Assembly: GCA_044346275.1 (NCBI GenBank)
Contig: JBIIZN010000001.1
Location: 1 to 51,080 of the forward strand
From: Sediminibacterium sp.
Lineage (GTDB): Bacteria > Bacteroidota > Bacteroidia > Chitinophagales > Chitinophagaceae
Reading direction: 5' to 3'
DNA length: 51,080 nucleotides
Both the position numbers and the translations under genes were made by a program. How positions within the stretch are numbered: the stretch's first letter is position 1; each line of letters starts with the position of its first letter. The notes beneath the pieces were generated by a model. The model searched no databases, had not been told where the DNA came from, and worked only from the letters and a program-made list of their open reading frames with translations. Of the stretch, positions 29,501 through 39,126 are shown piece by piece.

Positions 29501-30514
29501 ATGCGCGCCCCTTTACTCTTTGTTTTTTTATGGGCTGGGATAGGAGTGGCTGCTGCACAAACGCAGGGAGGTAATCCTGTTTTTAGTTTTATAAAAAATC
29601 CCGCCACTGCCGAGGTCGCAGCCTTAGGAGGTTCAAATATTTCAAATATAGGCAATAATGTAGCAGCGGGTTTTTCAAATCCATCATTACTAAGGCCATC
29701 GCATCTTGGTCAAGTGGCTACATCTTTTTCAAGTTTACTAGCAGGTATTAACCAGTATACTGCTATGGCGGGTTATCAGTTGGGTGGTCAAACACTTGGA
29801 CTTGGCGTTCAGTATATAAATTATGGAAGTATCGATCAAACAGATGCTGCTGGTAATTTACTCGGCATGTACCGCCCTTCCGATTTGGCGGTTCAAATAG
29901 GAACGAGTAAGCAGTATAAAGAAAAGTGGTGGCTGGGTGCTGCTGCAAAATTCATTCATTCTAATTATGGGTTGTACCGTTCAACTGCGCTTGCTGTAGA
30001 TGCTTCCCTAACTTATTTTGATGAAGCGTCAGGCTTACAAGCCGGTGTGGTAGTTACAAATATGGGAACCCAACTAAATGCCTATGCAGGTGCTGTTAAA
30101 GAGGAACTCCCTTTTGAAATAAATGCAGGTGTATCTAAAAAATTAGCAGAGGCGCCACTTCAATTTTCACTCACACTACAACAACTTCAACGCTTTAATT
30201 TACTAGGGTCGGATACTAGTTTTATGGTGTCGGAGTTTGGAAAAAAACATTCAACATTTGATAAGATGATGTCGCATGTGGTGTTAGGTGCACAGCTAAC
30301 ATTAAGCGATAATATCAATTGCAATCTCGGATACAATGTGCTCCGCAGACAATCTTTAAATGGCTTTAATATCACCAATGGATTAAATGGTGTCACCTTT
30401 GGCGTAGGGGTAATCATGCAAAAACTACATATCAATTATGCGACTGGTTTTTACCAGCGCAATATGTTTCATCAGTTGTCGCTCAATTTCAATTTTGTCA
30501 ATAAAGCGCTTTAG
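29501..30514 (+). CDS. porQ: Type IX secretion system outer-membrane protein PorQ
   Basis: Signal peptide, AALGG...NPSLL, YINYG, beta-barrel pattern, NLGYNVLRR; position after lon is typical of Bacteroidota. Confidence 0.8.
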   Translation: MRAPLLFVFLWAGIGVAAAQTQGGNPVFSFIKNPATAEVAALGGSNISNIGNNVAAGFSNPSLLRPSHLGQVATSFSSLLAGINQYTAMAGYQLGGQTLGLGVQYINYGSIDQTDAAGNLLGMYRPSDLAVQIGTSKQYKEKWWLGAAAKFIHSNYGLYRSTALAVDASLTYFDEASGLQAGVVVTNMGTQLNAYAGAVKEELPFEINAGVSKKLAEAPLQFSLTLQQLQRFNLLGSDTSFMVSEFGKKHSTFDKMMSHVVLGAQLTLSDNINCNLGYNVLRRQSLNGFNITNGLNGVTFGVGVIMQKLHINYATGFYQRNMFHQLSLNFNFVNKAL

Positions 30515-32967
30515 TTTCCGCCTTTTTTTGGAAGCACTGCCTTTGGTTTTTCTTTTGATTTTTCCTTTGGTTTTTCCTTTGGTTTGTTTTCTGGTTCTGT
30601 TACTAGGGCTGCTGGCGGCGTTGTTTGTTTTTTAGAGTCAGAAGGTTTAGAATCTGTAACTGGTTTTGTATCAGTTAATTTTTGTGACTCTGGTGCAATG
30701 TCTTCAGCTTGAATATTTTCCGGAATTTCATAATCATCTTCTGTACCTGTTCCTAAATTCTCACTTTCTCCTCCTAACAACGGTGAAAAATTATTCAGAT
30801 AGTCTAACATGATTTCGTTATCAATAATTTCAGGTTTCGTAAAGGAAAGTTTTGTGTCAATGCCGCACATTTCATCTTTAGCTGCTTTACCAAAAAAATA
30901 TCCCCAAATTGGAAGTACAGCTTTACCACCTTGTCCCCAAACATTTGATTTATCGAAATGAATAAATCTATCATCTGCACCAACCCATCCACCTGCAATA
31001 AGTTGAGGGGTATAACCAATAAACCAGCCGTCACTATTTTCGTTTGTGGTTCCTGTTTTTCCTGCAATAGCCATCTCAGGAACATAACTCCAAACACCGC
31101 GTCCTGTTCCTCCGCGCATAACACCTTCCATCATTTTTGCAATTGAATAGGCGGTTAGTTCACTAATTACTTCTTTTCTTTTTGGCGTAAAAGTGGCAAG
31201 TACATTTCCATGACGATCTTCAATACGCGTAATATACATAGGCTTTACATTAAAGCCTTTACCAGGAAACATACTATAGCTTTGTATCATTTCAAACAAT
31301 GAAATTTCACAGGAACCAAGTGCAATTGAAGGGTACGGTTCAATCTTTGATGTTATATCAGTTTTTCTTAAATATTCAATCAGTCTTTTAGCACTGTTAT
31401 TACTTTCAGTGTCTAGTTGCTTTAAAATATAGGCAGAAGCACAGTTACGAGATTGTGCAAGTGCTGAAGCCATACTCATAGATTGACCAGTACATGTCCT
31501 GCTTGTTGCTGGAACTAAACCATATCCACTAAACCTTTGTTGTTGATCGTATACTGTTGTATTAGGCGTAAAACCTGCTTCTTCAATAGCTAAACTATAG
31601 AGTAGGGGCTTCATGGTAGAGCCTACTTGTCTTTTAGTGTTAACGTTTATATGATCGTATTTAAAACTTTTGTATCCAATGCCACCAACCCATGCTTTTA
31701 CTTCACCTGTTAAGGGATCCATTACCATAAAGCCAGCTTGTAACATTTGGCGGTGGTACTTAATGGAGTCGTAAGGCGTCATCAAAGTGTCTTTTTCACG
31801 TTTATCATTCCATGCAAAAATGCGCATGTTGGTTTTTGCATAAAATGTTTTTTCAATTTCTTTTTCATCAACGCCTTCTTCTTCTAAATTATGCCATCTA
31901 TCAGATTGCTTCATTGCATTTAAGAGAACATTTTCGTGCCCTTTCCATATACTGCCGTCTTTGATATTTGCTTGTGTATTAAAAATCTTTTGTAAATAGT
32001 TCATATGCTTTCCCACAGCTTCTTCCGCGTATTCTTGCATACTAGGATTTATGGTCGTATATATTTTCAGGCCATCTCTGAATAAATTATAATTATCGCC
32101 ATTTTGCTTTGTGTTTTCTTTGCACCATTTTTTTAGATCTTCTCCAAGTATCATTCTAAAGTATGGACCAAGACCAGCATACTCATCCATTTTTTTGTAA
32201 TTAAGCTCAATAGGATTTAGTTTAATTTTATCCGCCTCTGTTTCAAGTAGATAGTTGTTGCGAACCATCTGACTTAATACTGTATTTCTTCGAACAAGCG
32301 CTAATTTTGGATTCCGTCTGGGATTGTAAAGTGTCGTCCCTTTGAGCATGCCAATAAGAACTGCAGATTCTTGTACATTTAAGCGATCTGGCTCTTTTTG
32401 AAAAAAAGTTTTAGCAGCGTTTCTAATGCCAAATACGTTATCGCCAAATGAAACAGTATTTAAGTAAAGTGTGATAATTTCATCTTTGGTAAAATTTCTT
32501 TCGAGTTTTATAGCAATAACTGATTCTTTGATTTTTTGTGTAATTCTAAGTAAAAAATTACTAGTGTTCCAGTTGTTTGTAAATAAATTTTTAGCGGTTT
32601 GCATAGTAATGGTACTGGCGCCCCCTTCGCTACCTAAAAAAAATAGAGCCCTACCTAACGAGCGTGGGTCTATACCTTTGTGGTCATAAAACCGTTCGTC
32701 TTCGGTGGCCACAAGCGCATTGATTACGTGCTTACTAATGTCTTTGTATTTTACATTGATACGGTCTTCTAAATAGTATTTACCCATGAGGGTTCCATCT
32801 TGTGCATATACCTGACTTGCAAGTGATGCCGATGGGTTTTCAATATCATCGATAGATGGCATGCTACCCAACCATCCAAAATTAATCATGAGTAAAAAAA
32901 GTACTAGACTTCCTAAGCCCCAAAAAATGATGCGCCAAAAGACACGAACAGGTTTTGACATTTTCAT
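30511..32967 (-). CDS. Class A penicillin-binding protein (PBP1A)
   Basis: ATEDERFYDH, GGASTITMQTAKN, GSTMK (SxxK), SRN, KTGT. Confidence 0.95.
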   Translation of the reverse strand: MKMSKPVRVFWRIIFWGLGSLVLFLLMINFGWLGSMPSIDDIENPSASLASQVYAQDGTLMGKYYLEDRINVKYKDISKHVINALVATEDERFYDHKGIDPRSLGRALFFLGSEGGASTITMQTAKNLFTNNWNTSNFLLRITQKIKESVIAIKLERNFTKDEIITLYLNTVSFGDNVFGIRNAAKTFFQKEPDRLNVQESAVLIGMLKGTTLYNPRRNPKLALVRRNTVLSQMVRNNYLLETEADKIKLNPIELNYKKMDEYAGLGPYFRMILGEDLKKWCKENTKQNGDNYNLFRDGLKIYTTINPSMQEYAEEAVGKHMNYLQKIFNTQANIKDGSIWKGHENVLLNAMKQSDRWHNLEEEGVDEKEIEKTFYAKTNMRIFAWNDKREKDTLMTPYDSIKYHRQMLQAGFMVMDPLTGEVKAWVGGIGYKSFKYDHINVNTKRQVGSTMKPLLYSLAIEEAGFTPNTTVYDQQQRFSGYGLVPATSRTCTGQSMSMASALAQSRNCASAYILKQLDTESNNSAKRLIEYLRKTDITSKIEPYPSIALGSCEISLFEMIQSYSMFPGKGFNVKPMYITRIEDRHGNVLATFTPKRKEVISELTAYSIAKMMEGVMRGGTGRGVWSYVPEMAIAGKTGTTNENSDGWFIGYTPQLIAGGWVGADDRFIHFDKSNVWGQGGKAVLPIWGYFFGKAAKDEMCGIDTKLSFTKPEIIDNEIMLDYLNNFSPLLGGESENLGTGTEDDYEIPENIQAEDIAPESQKLTDTKPVTDSKPSDSKKQTTPPAALVTEPENKPKEKPKEKSKEKPKAVLPKKGGN
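30542..30589 (-). repeat. 12-bp imperfect tandem repeat x4 encoding the (E/N)K(P/S)K tail of PBP1A
   Basis: Plus strand TTTGGTTTTTCT/TTTGATTTTTCC/TTTGGTTTTTCC/TTTGGTTTGTTT. Confidence 0.8.
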
Positions 32968-32978
32968 AATTTATTTAT

Positions 32979-35324
32979 TTAGTATAAATCACCTTCTTCT
33001 TTTTTAGCAGGCTGTTTAATTATTTCTTTTTCTATTTTTTCTCTTTGTTTTAATACCTCAAGTACTTCTGCCGCTTTTTTTGCAATACTACTTCCTGGGT
33101 AATTGGCAATAATTTTATTTAATTTTAAAGTAGCAGTGCTATCTTCTTTGTTTTTCATAAGTAGGGTAGCTTCCATAAATAAAAACTGCGGTGCCCAAAT
33201 ATCTTTACCATACTTTTTTGTTACTTCCTCTTTTAGTGCGAGTGCTTTTTCGTATTCCCCTTTAGAGAAATAATCATAAATGATATTGTAGCTGAGGTCT
33301 GCACTAGTAGTATTATTTAAGAAAGGTACTTTTTTTTCCAATAACTTACTACTTGGGAATTTTGCTTCGAAAAGTTTTTGTACCGAATCAGCCTTGTTTT
33401 GATTGCCTGTAAAACGGTAACAAAGTGCTAGGTTGTGGTACACTATGTCTAACGAATTATTGGTTCCAAATTTGCTTGTATAAAAGTTGTAGGCTTCAAT
33501 GGCTGAAGGATAATCTGATAAAGTTAATTGAAAAATTTGTGCATTATCAAGTAGCGCCTTCGCCCATTTTTCGTTGGAGGCCTCTATTTGTTTAGGCCCA
33601 GTAGGTATCGATTCCACTAAGCCGTCAAAGCTAATAGCGCTGCTGCTATCTTTGCTTGTAATATCTGAAGTGGCAGCAGTAACATTTACATTACTAGCCC
33701 CAATGGCCGCATCAAGTGCCGCTTGTCTTCTCCAGTTGTCAAGGTTTTGTCTGTTACCCCAGGTTGTTTTAAAAGTTGTGAGTCCATTAGACCTTTGGGT
33801 TTTGTTTAAAAAATAAAAATCGGTGTTGGACCCACTGCTAAAAATATCAAAAGTAGCGCCTCCATTTGGGTCTACATTTTTATCTGTAACTATATCATCT
33901 TTTTCTTTGCGTAATTGTTTATATAGTTTTCTCAAAAATATAGTTCGCTCAATTTCCGGTAGTGCTGCAATTTTTTGTAGGCTATCTTCTAATTCTATAA
34001 TTTTTAAATTAGCATTTATAAGTTGTAAGGCTGGTTTTCTAATTTCAATTTTTTCTTTTTGTTCGGCTTCTATACTTTGAATGTCGATACTGTCATAAAA
34101 TTTAAAAGCGGGTCCATATTTTTTTTGATCATAATTAATGTCGCCTAATAGCACAAATGATTTTTGTTTTTGCACTTCGTTATCGCCACTATTTTTAATA
34201 CTCTCTAATAAATAGTTTTGGGTAAGATCATAATTCTTTTTTGTAAGTTCTATGGACGCTGCTGCAAAAAAAATAACGTCTTTGTAGGCTTCGTATTTAT
34301 CTCTTTTCGCCATAAGTAAGAGTGCCTTACTATCAGCTCCTGAAGTAAGGCTCAGTCTGTTTAATGCAACGTTTGCATATATTTCTAGATAAGGATCCTG
34401 GGCTATATCAATGGCTTTCTCGTAGTATTGTTTGGCAAGATTAGGAACTCCGCTTTTTTCAAATAACTGTGCAGTTAGGTAGGCTTTTCTTGATTTTTCC
34501 TTTTTACTTTCTGCAAAAGGAATTGTTTTGGCTAAATAAATAGCTGCCTGTTCGTAACGTTCACTTAAGTAATTACTGTAGGCAGTTAATTCATCAAGTG
34601 CTGGAATAAGCCTTGTAGGAAAAATTTTATCTGTTCTTAATAAAGCCATTAAACCTGCAGCCTCCGATTGTTTATTTTGCTCTAGGTAGGTTCTTATCAT
34701 CCATAAAAAACTTTCGTTCCTACTTGGCAGCGTTGTGGTTATTTTTTTCCAGATATTTCTTTTTTCATCGGTTGAAATTGAAAAAATCCCATTTGTATTA
34801 CTGATATTACTTCCAATCGGAATATCAGTGCCTTCGTCTTTTGGTGCAAACGCATAATTGACATACTTAAATACAGCAAGTGCCGAATCATAATCTTGAC
34901 GGTGTAAATATGCTTTTCCTAGAATAATGTACAAATTATCTACCCAATCACTTCGTAAATCATGTAACAAAATACCGGCTGTACATTTGTAAATGATGGT
35001 GTCAATTTCGTCTTTTGCGGTAGCTTCTAGATTATACGGAAAAAAGGGTAGTAGCGCCCCATAGTTTTCAATTTGCTTTTCGGTGGCCCTTTCAATAATT
35101 CCGTTAAGGCGCATCGTGGCATTAAAAACATAATTATACCTAGTAACCGTATTATTAAATATTCGTTTAGGTAACCTGAAACCTTTTTCACCTGTTTTTT
35201 CGGCGGGGAGCAGCCTCTCGGTGTAAGGTTTATTTTTTTGTAAACTTATGCCCGTATAGGGTTGGGCAACTAGTTCGTGTGCCAGGCCAACCATCAAAAT
35301 AAATACCAGTACATAGGTTTTCAT
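32979..35324 (-). CDS. SprE/PorW-like TPR protein (T9SS/gliding)
   Basis: NNTVTRYNYVFNA, WVDNLYIILGKA, EDSLQKIA, FYF...FKTTWGNRQNLDNWRR, TPR helices. Confidence 0.78.
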   Translation of the reverse strand: MKTYVLVFILMVGLAHELVAQPYTGISLQKNKPYTERLLPAEKTGEKGFRLPKRIFNNTVTRYNYVFNATMRLNGIIERATEKQIENYGALLPFFPYNLEATAKDEIDTIIYKCTAGILLHDLRSDWVDNLYIILGKAYLHRQDYDSALAVFKYVNYAFAPKDEGTDIPIGSNISNTNGIFSISTDEKRNIWKKITTTLPSRNESFLWMIRTYLEQNKQSEAAGLMALLRTDKIFPTRLIPALDELTAYSNYLSERYEQAAIYLAKTIPFAESKKEKSRKAYLTAQLFEKSGVPNLAKQYYEKAIDIAQDPYLEIYANVALNRLSLTSGADSKALLLMAKRDKYEAYKDVIFFAAASIELTKKNYDLTQNYLLESIKNSGDNEVQKQKSFVLLGDINYDQKKYGPAFKFYDSIDIQSIEAEQKEKIEIRKPALQLINANLKIIELEDSLQKIAALPEIERTIFLRKLYKQLRKEKDDIVTDKNVDPNGGATFDIFSSGSNTDFYFLNKTQRSNGLTTFKTTWGNRQNLDNWRRQAALDAAIGASNVNVTAATSDITSKDSSSAISFDGLVESIPTGPKQIEASNEKWAKALLDNAQIFQLTLSDYPSAIEAYNFYTSKFGTNNSLDIVYHNLALCYRFTGNQNKADSVQKLFEAKFPSSKLLEKKVPFLNNTTSADLSYNIIYDYFSKGEYEKALALKEEVTKKYGKDIWAPQFLFMEATLLMKNKEDSTATLKLNKIIANYPGSSIAKKAAEVLEVLKQREKIEKEIIKQPAKKEEGDLY

Positions 35325-35416
35325 GAATCTTAAATAGGCCTTAAAAATACATTTATTTCTGTTTTGAGGGCGTAATTAAACAACTTTAAAAGCTACCTTT
35401 ATGCTTATTTAACAAT

Positions 35417-35815
35417 ATGGAGCCTACACCCGCTAAAAACGAGCCTACCCGCCTTGGGACCCATTACCGGTTGGTTGTAATGGACGATGACACTTTTGAA
35501 GAAGTTGTTACCCTCAAACTCTCTAGAACCAGTGTATATATTGGGCTAAGTAGCCTCTTTGTGTTTCTAATTGGGATAACCATTGTGTTTATCGCATTTA
35601 CACCACTCAAATATTATATTCCTGGCTATGGAACCCGCGAAGGCCGTGCAGCACTTCAAAATTTAAAAATCAGAACCGATTCATTGGAGCAGGTTATTCG
35701 TTACAATGAACAATATTTTAATAGTATTAAAAAAGTGATGGAAGGAGCTGATAAAGGGATACAATTAGATACTGTTCCTCTAAATATCCCAAAGGCAGAA
35801 GTGATTAAAGATTAA
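35417..35815 (+). CDS. Membrane-anchored protein resembling only the N-terminal part of Bacteroidota M23 peptidases
   Basis: YRLVVMDDDTFEEV...TM helix...FTPLKYYIPGYG, coiled coil; no HxxxD/HxH domain. Confidence 0.65.
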   Translation: MEPTPAKNEPTRLGTHYRLVVMDDDTFEEVVTLKLSRTSVYIGLSSLFVFLIGITIVFIAFTPLKYYIPGYGTREGRAALQNLKIRTDSLEQVIRYNEQYFNSIKKVMEGADKGIQLDTVPLNIPKAEVIKD

Positions 35816-35839
35816 ATGATTGTACGATTAATTTATCCG

Positions 35840-36085
35840 ATGCCCCAACAAAATCAAAATTCATTTTTGAAATATGCTAGTGTAGCAACGCAACTTTTGG
35901 TGGCGTTTGCATTTGCCGCCTTCGGCGGCAAATGGCTCGATCTCAAATTTTTTTCTCGAACCCCCATATTTATCTGGATACTTCCCTTATTTGTAGGAAT
36001 AGGAATGATTGTAAAAGTGATCAAAGACACCGATAGTAAAACCGGCGCCAATAAAGACACTCATAAAACAGACAAAAAAAAATAA
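35840..36085 (+). CDS. AtpZ/AtpI-family small membrane protein
   Basis: LKYASVATQ...GGKWLD, two TM helices; alternative start 35816. Confidence 0.75.
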   Translation: MPQQNQNSFLKYASVATQLLVAFAFAAFGGKWLDLKFFSRTPIFIWILPLFVGIGMIVKVIKDTDSKTGANKDTHKTDKKK

Positions 36086-36088
36086 ACG

Positions 36089-36478
36089 ATGTTTCAAAAA
36101 ATAAAACTGCTATACCCGATAATTGCGCTATTCATGTTTGTAAATGCAGCCGTACTCTTTGGTGAGCAGGAACTCATCAACAATAAATTTGTTCCCAATG
36201 TTTTAATGGCGGCAAATCTGATACTCTTTGCTGTTACGCTAATTGGATTACTGTCACTTATCAATGCTTCTAAAAACCCTAACCCCAATGTACTTGTTCG
36301 TACCGTGATGGCTGGGATGGGGCTTCGTTTAGTGGGCATTGCTGTAACAGTACTCTTGTATATTAAAATGTCAGGCGCTGGCATTAGTCCTCGCTCTGTA
36401 TATGCAGGATTAGCGCTTTATCCACTATATACCTGGCTTGAAATCAAACTCTTTTTAAAATTGAACGTTAAAAAATAA
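36089..36478 (+). CDS. Four-TM membrane protein, ATP synthase I-like
   Basis: Four hydrophobic segments, NPNVLVRTVMAG, YTWLE; follows the AtpZ-like gene. Confidence 0.55.
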   Translation: MFQKIKLLYPIIALFMFVNAAVLFGEQELINNKFVPNVLMAANLILFAVTLIGLLSLINASKNPNPNVLVRTVMAGMGLRLVGIAVTVLLYIKMSGAGISPRSVYAGLALYPLYTWLEIKLFLKLNVKK

Positions 36479-37110
36479 TGCCCATTAACGAGCATCCGAT
36501 GCAGGCATTGGCTGGTTTTTTACCAGACAAAAGTTTTGAGCAGGTGCTTGCGTATTTGCATGAATACCGGGTGCATTTAACCATTACCAAACAGCGTAAA
36601 TCGGTACTTGGTGATTACCGTCATCCGGGTAGGGGGGCTAACCACCGCATAAGTATCAATGGTAATTTAAACAAGTACGAATTTCTCATTACTTTTTTGC
36701 ATGAGCTTGCGCATTTATTAACTTTCGAAAAATTTAGTAACCGTGTAGAAGCGCATGGTAAAGAATGGAAATTTTGTTATGGGCAGTTATTGCAGCATTT
36801 TGTAGCGCAACAAATTTTTCCACCCGATATAGAAAAAGCACTTCAAAAATCTATTTTAAATCCTGCAGCTACGGCTGGTGGTGAAACCGAATTATTAATG
36901 GTACTTCGCGGCTACAACGAAAAGCAAAAGCCCGGATATGCCCTGGTAGCAAGTGTTGCAGAAGGTTCACTATTTGTAACAGACAATGGACGCGTTTTTT
37001 GTAGAGGGCCACTGCGCCGCAAGCGTTACGAATGTGTAGAGGTTAAAACCGGACTCCGATATACGTTTAGCGCACTAACAGAAGTAAAGCCCATTGCAAA
37101 TCCGCAATAA
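36478..37110 (+). CDS. SprT-like zinc metalloprotease domain protein
   Basis: LGDYR, ITFLHELAH (HExxH), HGKEWK. Confidence 0.88.
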   Translation: MPINEHPMQALAGFLPDKSFEQVLAYLHEYRVHLTITKQRKSVLGDYRHPGRGANHRISINGNLNKYEFLITFLHELAHLLTFEKFSNRVEAHGKEWKFCYGQLLQHFVAQQIFPPDIEKALQKSILNPAATAGGETELLMVLRGYNEKQKPGYALVASVAEGSLFVTDNGRVFCRGPLRRKRYECVEVKTGLRYTFSALTEVKPIANPQ

Positions 37111-37140
37111 AAAAAGGCGTCGAATATCGACGCCTTTTTT
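37110..37140. terminator. Bidirectional intrinsic terminator between sprT-like and sucC
   Basis: AAAAAAGGCGTCGA-ATA-TCGACGCCTTTTTT perfect inverted repeat. Confidence 0.92.
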
Positions 37141-37198
37141 AAAATCATTAGAGTATAATTTAAAGCCCGTCAAATTTAAGTGTAGGGCTGAAAAATTA

Positions 37199-38410
37199 TT
37201 AAGCAACTGCTTTTTTAACAAGGTCGGCAGCCTCGCTTAATTGAATCGCCGACTGAACTTTAAGTCCACTCTCATCAATTAATTTTTTAGCTTCTACCGC
37301 GTTGGTTCCTTGTAAACGAACAATGATTGGGATATTGATATTGCCTAATTTGTTAAAGGCTTCAATAACACCAGCAGCAACACGGTCACAACGAACGATA
37401 CCGCCAAAGATGTTAATTAAAATAGCCTTTACGTTTGGATCTTTCATGATAATTCTAAAACCAGCTTCTACGGTTTGTGCATTTGCAGTACCGCCTACGT
37501 CTAAAAAGTTAGCTGGCTCACCACCACTTAACTTAATCATATCCATCGTTGCCATTGCAAGACCTGCACCATTTACCATACAGCCTACGTTACCGTCAAG
37601 CTTCACAAAGTTTAGGTTAAACTCACCAGCTTCAACTTCGGTAGGATCTTCTTCAGATACATCACGCATTGCGAGTAAATCGGCGTGGCGCATAAGTGCG
37701 TTGTCGTCAATATTCATTTTACAATCAACCGCAATGATTTTTTCATCGGATGTTTTGAAAAGTGGATTGATTTCGAGCATACCGCAATCTAGACTTACAT
37801 ATGCATTGTATAAGTTGGTTACAAACTTGACACAGTTTTTAAAAGCGTCACCAGATAGGCCTAGGTTAAAAGCAATTTTACGTGCCTGGAAACCTTGGAG
37901 TCCACCACCTGGGTGTACCCACTCTTTAAATATTTTTTCTGGTGTGTTGTGCGCTACTTCTTCAATATCCATACCACCTTCGGTGCTGTACATCACAACA
38001 TTCATCCCTTTAGCACGGTCTAATAAAATAGACAAGTAAAATTCTTTTACTTCGTTAGGGCCCGGATAATAAACGTCCTGTGCAATTAAAATTTTATTTA
38101 CGAGTTTACCAGCTGCACCCGTTTGAATGGTAACTAGGGTACCACCTAGTAAATTACCCGCAATTGTTTTTACATCGTCTTCGCTTTTAGCAACCGCTAC
38201 ACCGCGCTGCTCTTTGCCTTCTATTTTACCTTTACCTCTACCACCTGCGTGAATTTGTGCTTTAATGACCGCAAAATTATTACCTGTTTGGGCCTTTAAA
38301 GTGGCATAAGCCGCTGCTGCAGCGTCTACAGTTTCTACCGCTACACCTTCCTGTACTGGAACGTTGTACTTTTTAAGAAGTTCTTTAGCTTGGTACTCAT
38401 GAAGATTCAT
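37199..38410 (-). CDS. sucC: Succinyl-CoA ligase beta subunit
   Basis: MNLHEYQAK, KAQIHAGGRGKG, GCMVNGAGLAMATMD, NIFGGIVRCD. Confidence 0.98.
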   Translation of the reverse strand: MNLHEYQAKELLKKYNVPVQEGVAVETVDAAAAAYATLKAQTGNNFAVIKAQIHAGGRGKGKIEGKEQRGVAVAKSEDDVKTIAGNLLGGTLVTIQTGAAGKLVNKILIAQDVYYPGPNEVKEFYLSILLDRAKGMNVVMYSTEGGMDIEEVAHNTPEKIFKEWVHPGGGLQGFQARKIAFNLGLSGDAFKNCVKFVTNLYNAYVSLDCGMLEINPLFKTSDEKIIAVDCKMNIDDNALMRHADLLAMRDVSEEDPTEVEAGEFNLNFVKLDGNVGCMVNGAGLAMATMDMIKLSGGEPANFLDVGGTANAQTVEAGFRIIMKDPNVKAILINIFGGIVRCDRVAAGVIEAFNKLGNINIPIIVRLQGTNAVEAKKLIDESGLKVQSAIQLSEAADLVKKAVA

Positions 38411-38504
38411 ACAAAAAATTTTTGCGAAGATAAGCGAAACGGCTTTACTTTAAAACCCTTAATTTTACCTTAATTATTCGCATAAACACTTAAAATTCAA
38501 TACA

Positions 38505-39071
38505 ATGATGAAAAAAGTATCCTTTTTCCTATTAGGAGCCGCATTTTTAGCGAGTTCTTTGGCTTTTGTAGCCCCAAAAAATCCAAAAGCACCTATCACC
38601 CTAGCTGTACAGTCAGATAAGAGCAGGGTAGACTTTATTGGCTCAAAAGCAGCCGATTTTCACACTGGTACCTTTGCTGTAAAATCTGGAAGCGTTCAGG
38701 TGGATGGTGGTAAATTAGTAGGTGGTTCTTTTGTTATTGACCTTGCTAATTTAAAAGTAACGGATGCTGCTGGTGAAAAATTGGCAGGTCACTTAAAAAG
38801 CGCTGACTTTTTTGATGTAGCAAAATTTGGTGAAGCTGTTTACACGATTTCTTCTGTAGATTATTCAAGTGCAACTGCTTGCACCATCAATGGTACTTTA
38901 AACATTAAAGGTGTTCCTGTTCCAGTAAGCTTTGCTTCAAATATCAGAAGTGCTTCTGAAAAAGGTCTTTTTGGTCAAGCTTATTTTAGCCTTGATCGTA
39001 CTTTATTAGGTATTGCTTATGCAGGTCCTTCTAAAGACGTTCAAATTGCTGTGCATTTGTTTGCAAAATAA
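38505..39071 (+). CDS. YceI-family lipid/polyisoprenoid-binding exported protein
   Basis: Signal peptide, HLKSADFFDVAKF, GTLNIKG, LDRT. Confidence 0.9.
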   Translation: MMKKVSFFLLGAAFLASSLAFVAPKNPKAPITLAVQSDKSRVDFIGSKAADFHTGTFAVKSGSVQVDGGKLVGGSFVIDLANLKVTDAAGEKLAGHLKSADFFDVAKFGEAVYTISSVDYSSATACTINGTLNIKGVPVPVSFASNIRSASEKGLFGQAYFSLDRTLLGIAYAGPSKDVQIAVHLFAK

Positions 39072-39094
39072 TTTTTTATACCCCCTTCGAGATA

Positions 39095-39126
39095 GAAAGC
39101 TCCAGCAATAAATTGTTGGGGCTTTC
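39095..39126. terminator. Hairpin/terminator between the convergent yceI and S8 genes
   Basis: GAAAGCTCCAGCAAT-AA-ATTGTTGGGGCTTTC inverted repeat. Confidence 0.7.

Noticed and set aside
37302-38039. 245-aa ORF on the plus strand
   Set aside because: Antisense shadow of sucC, explained by its biased codon use; no recognisable motifs
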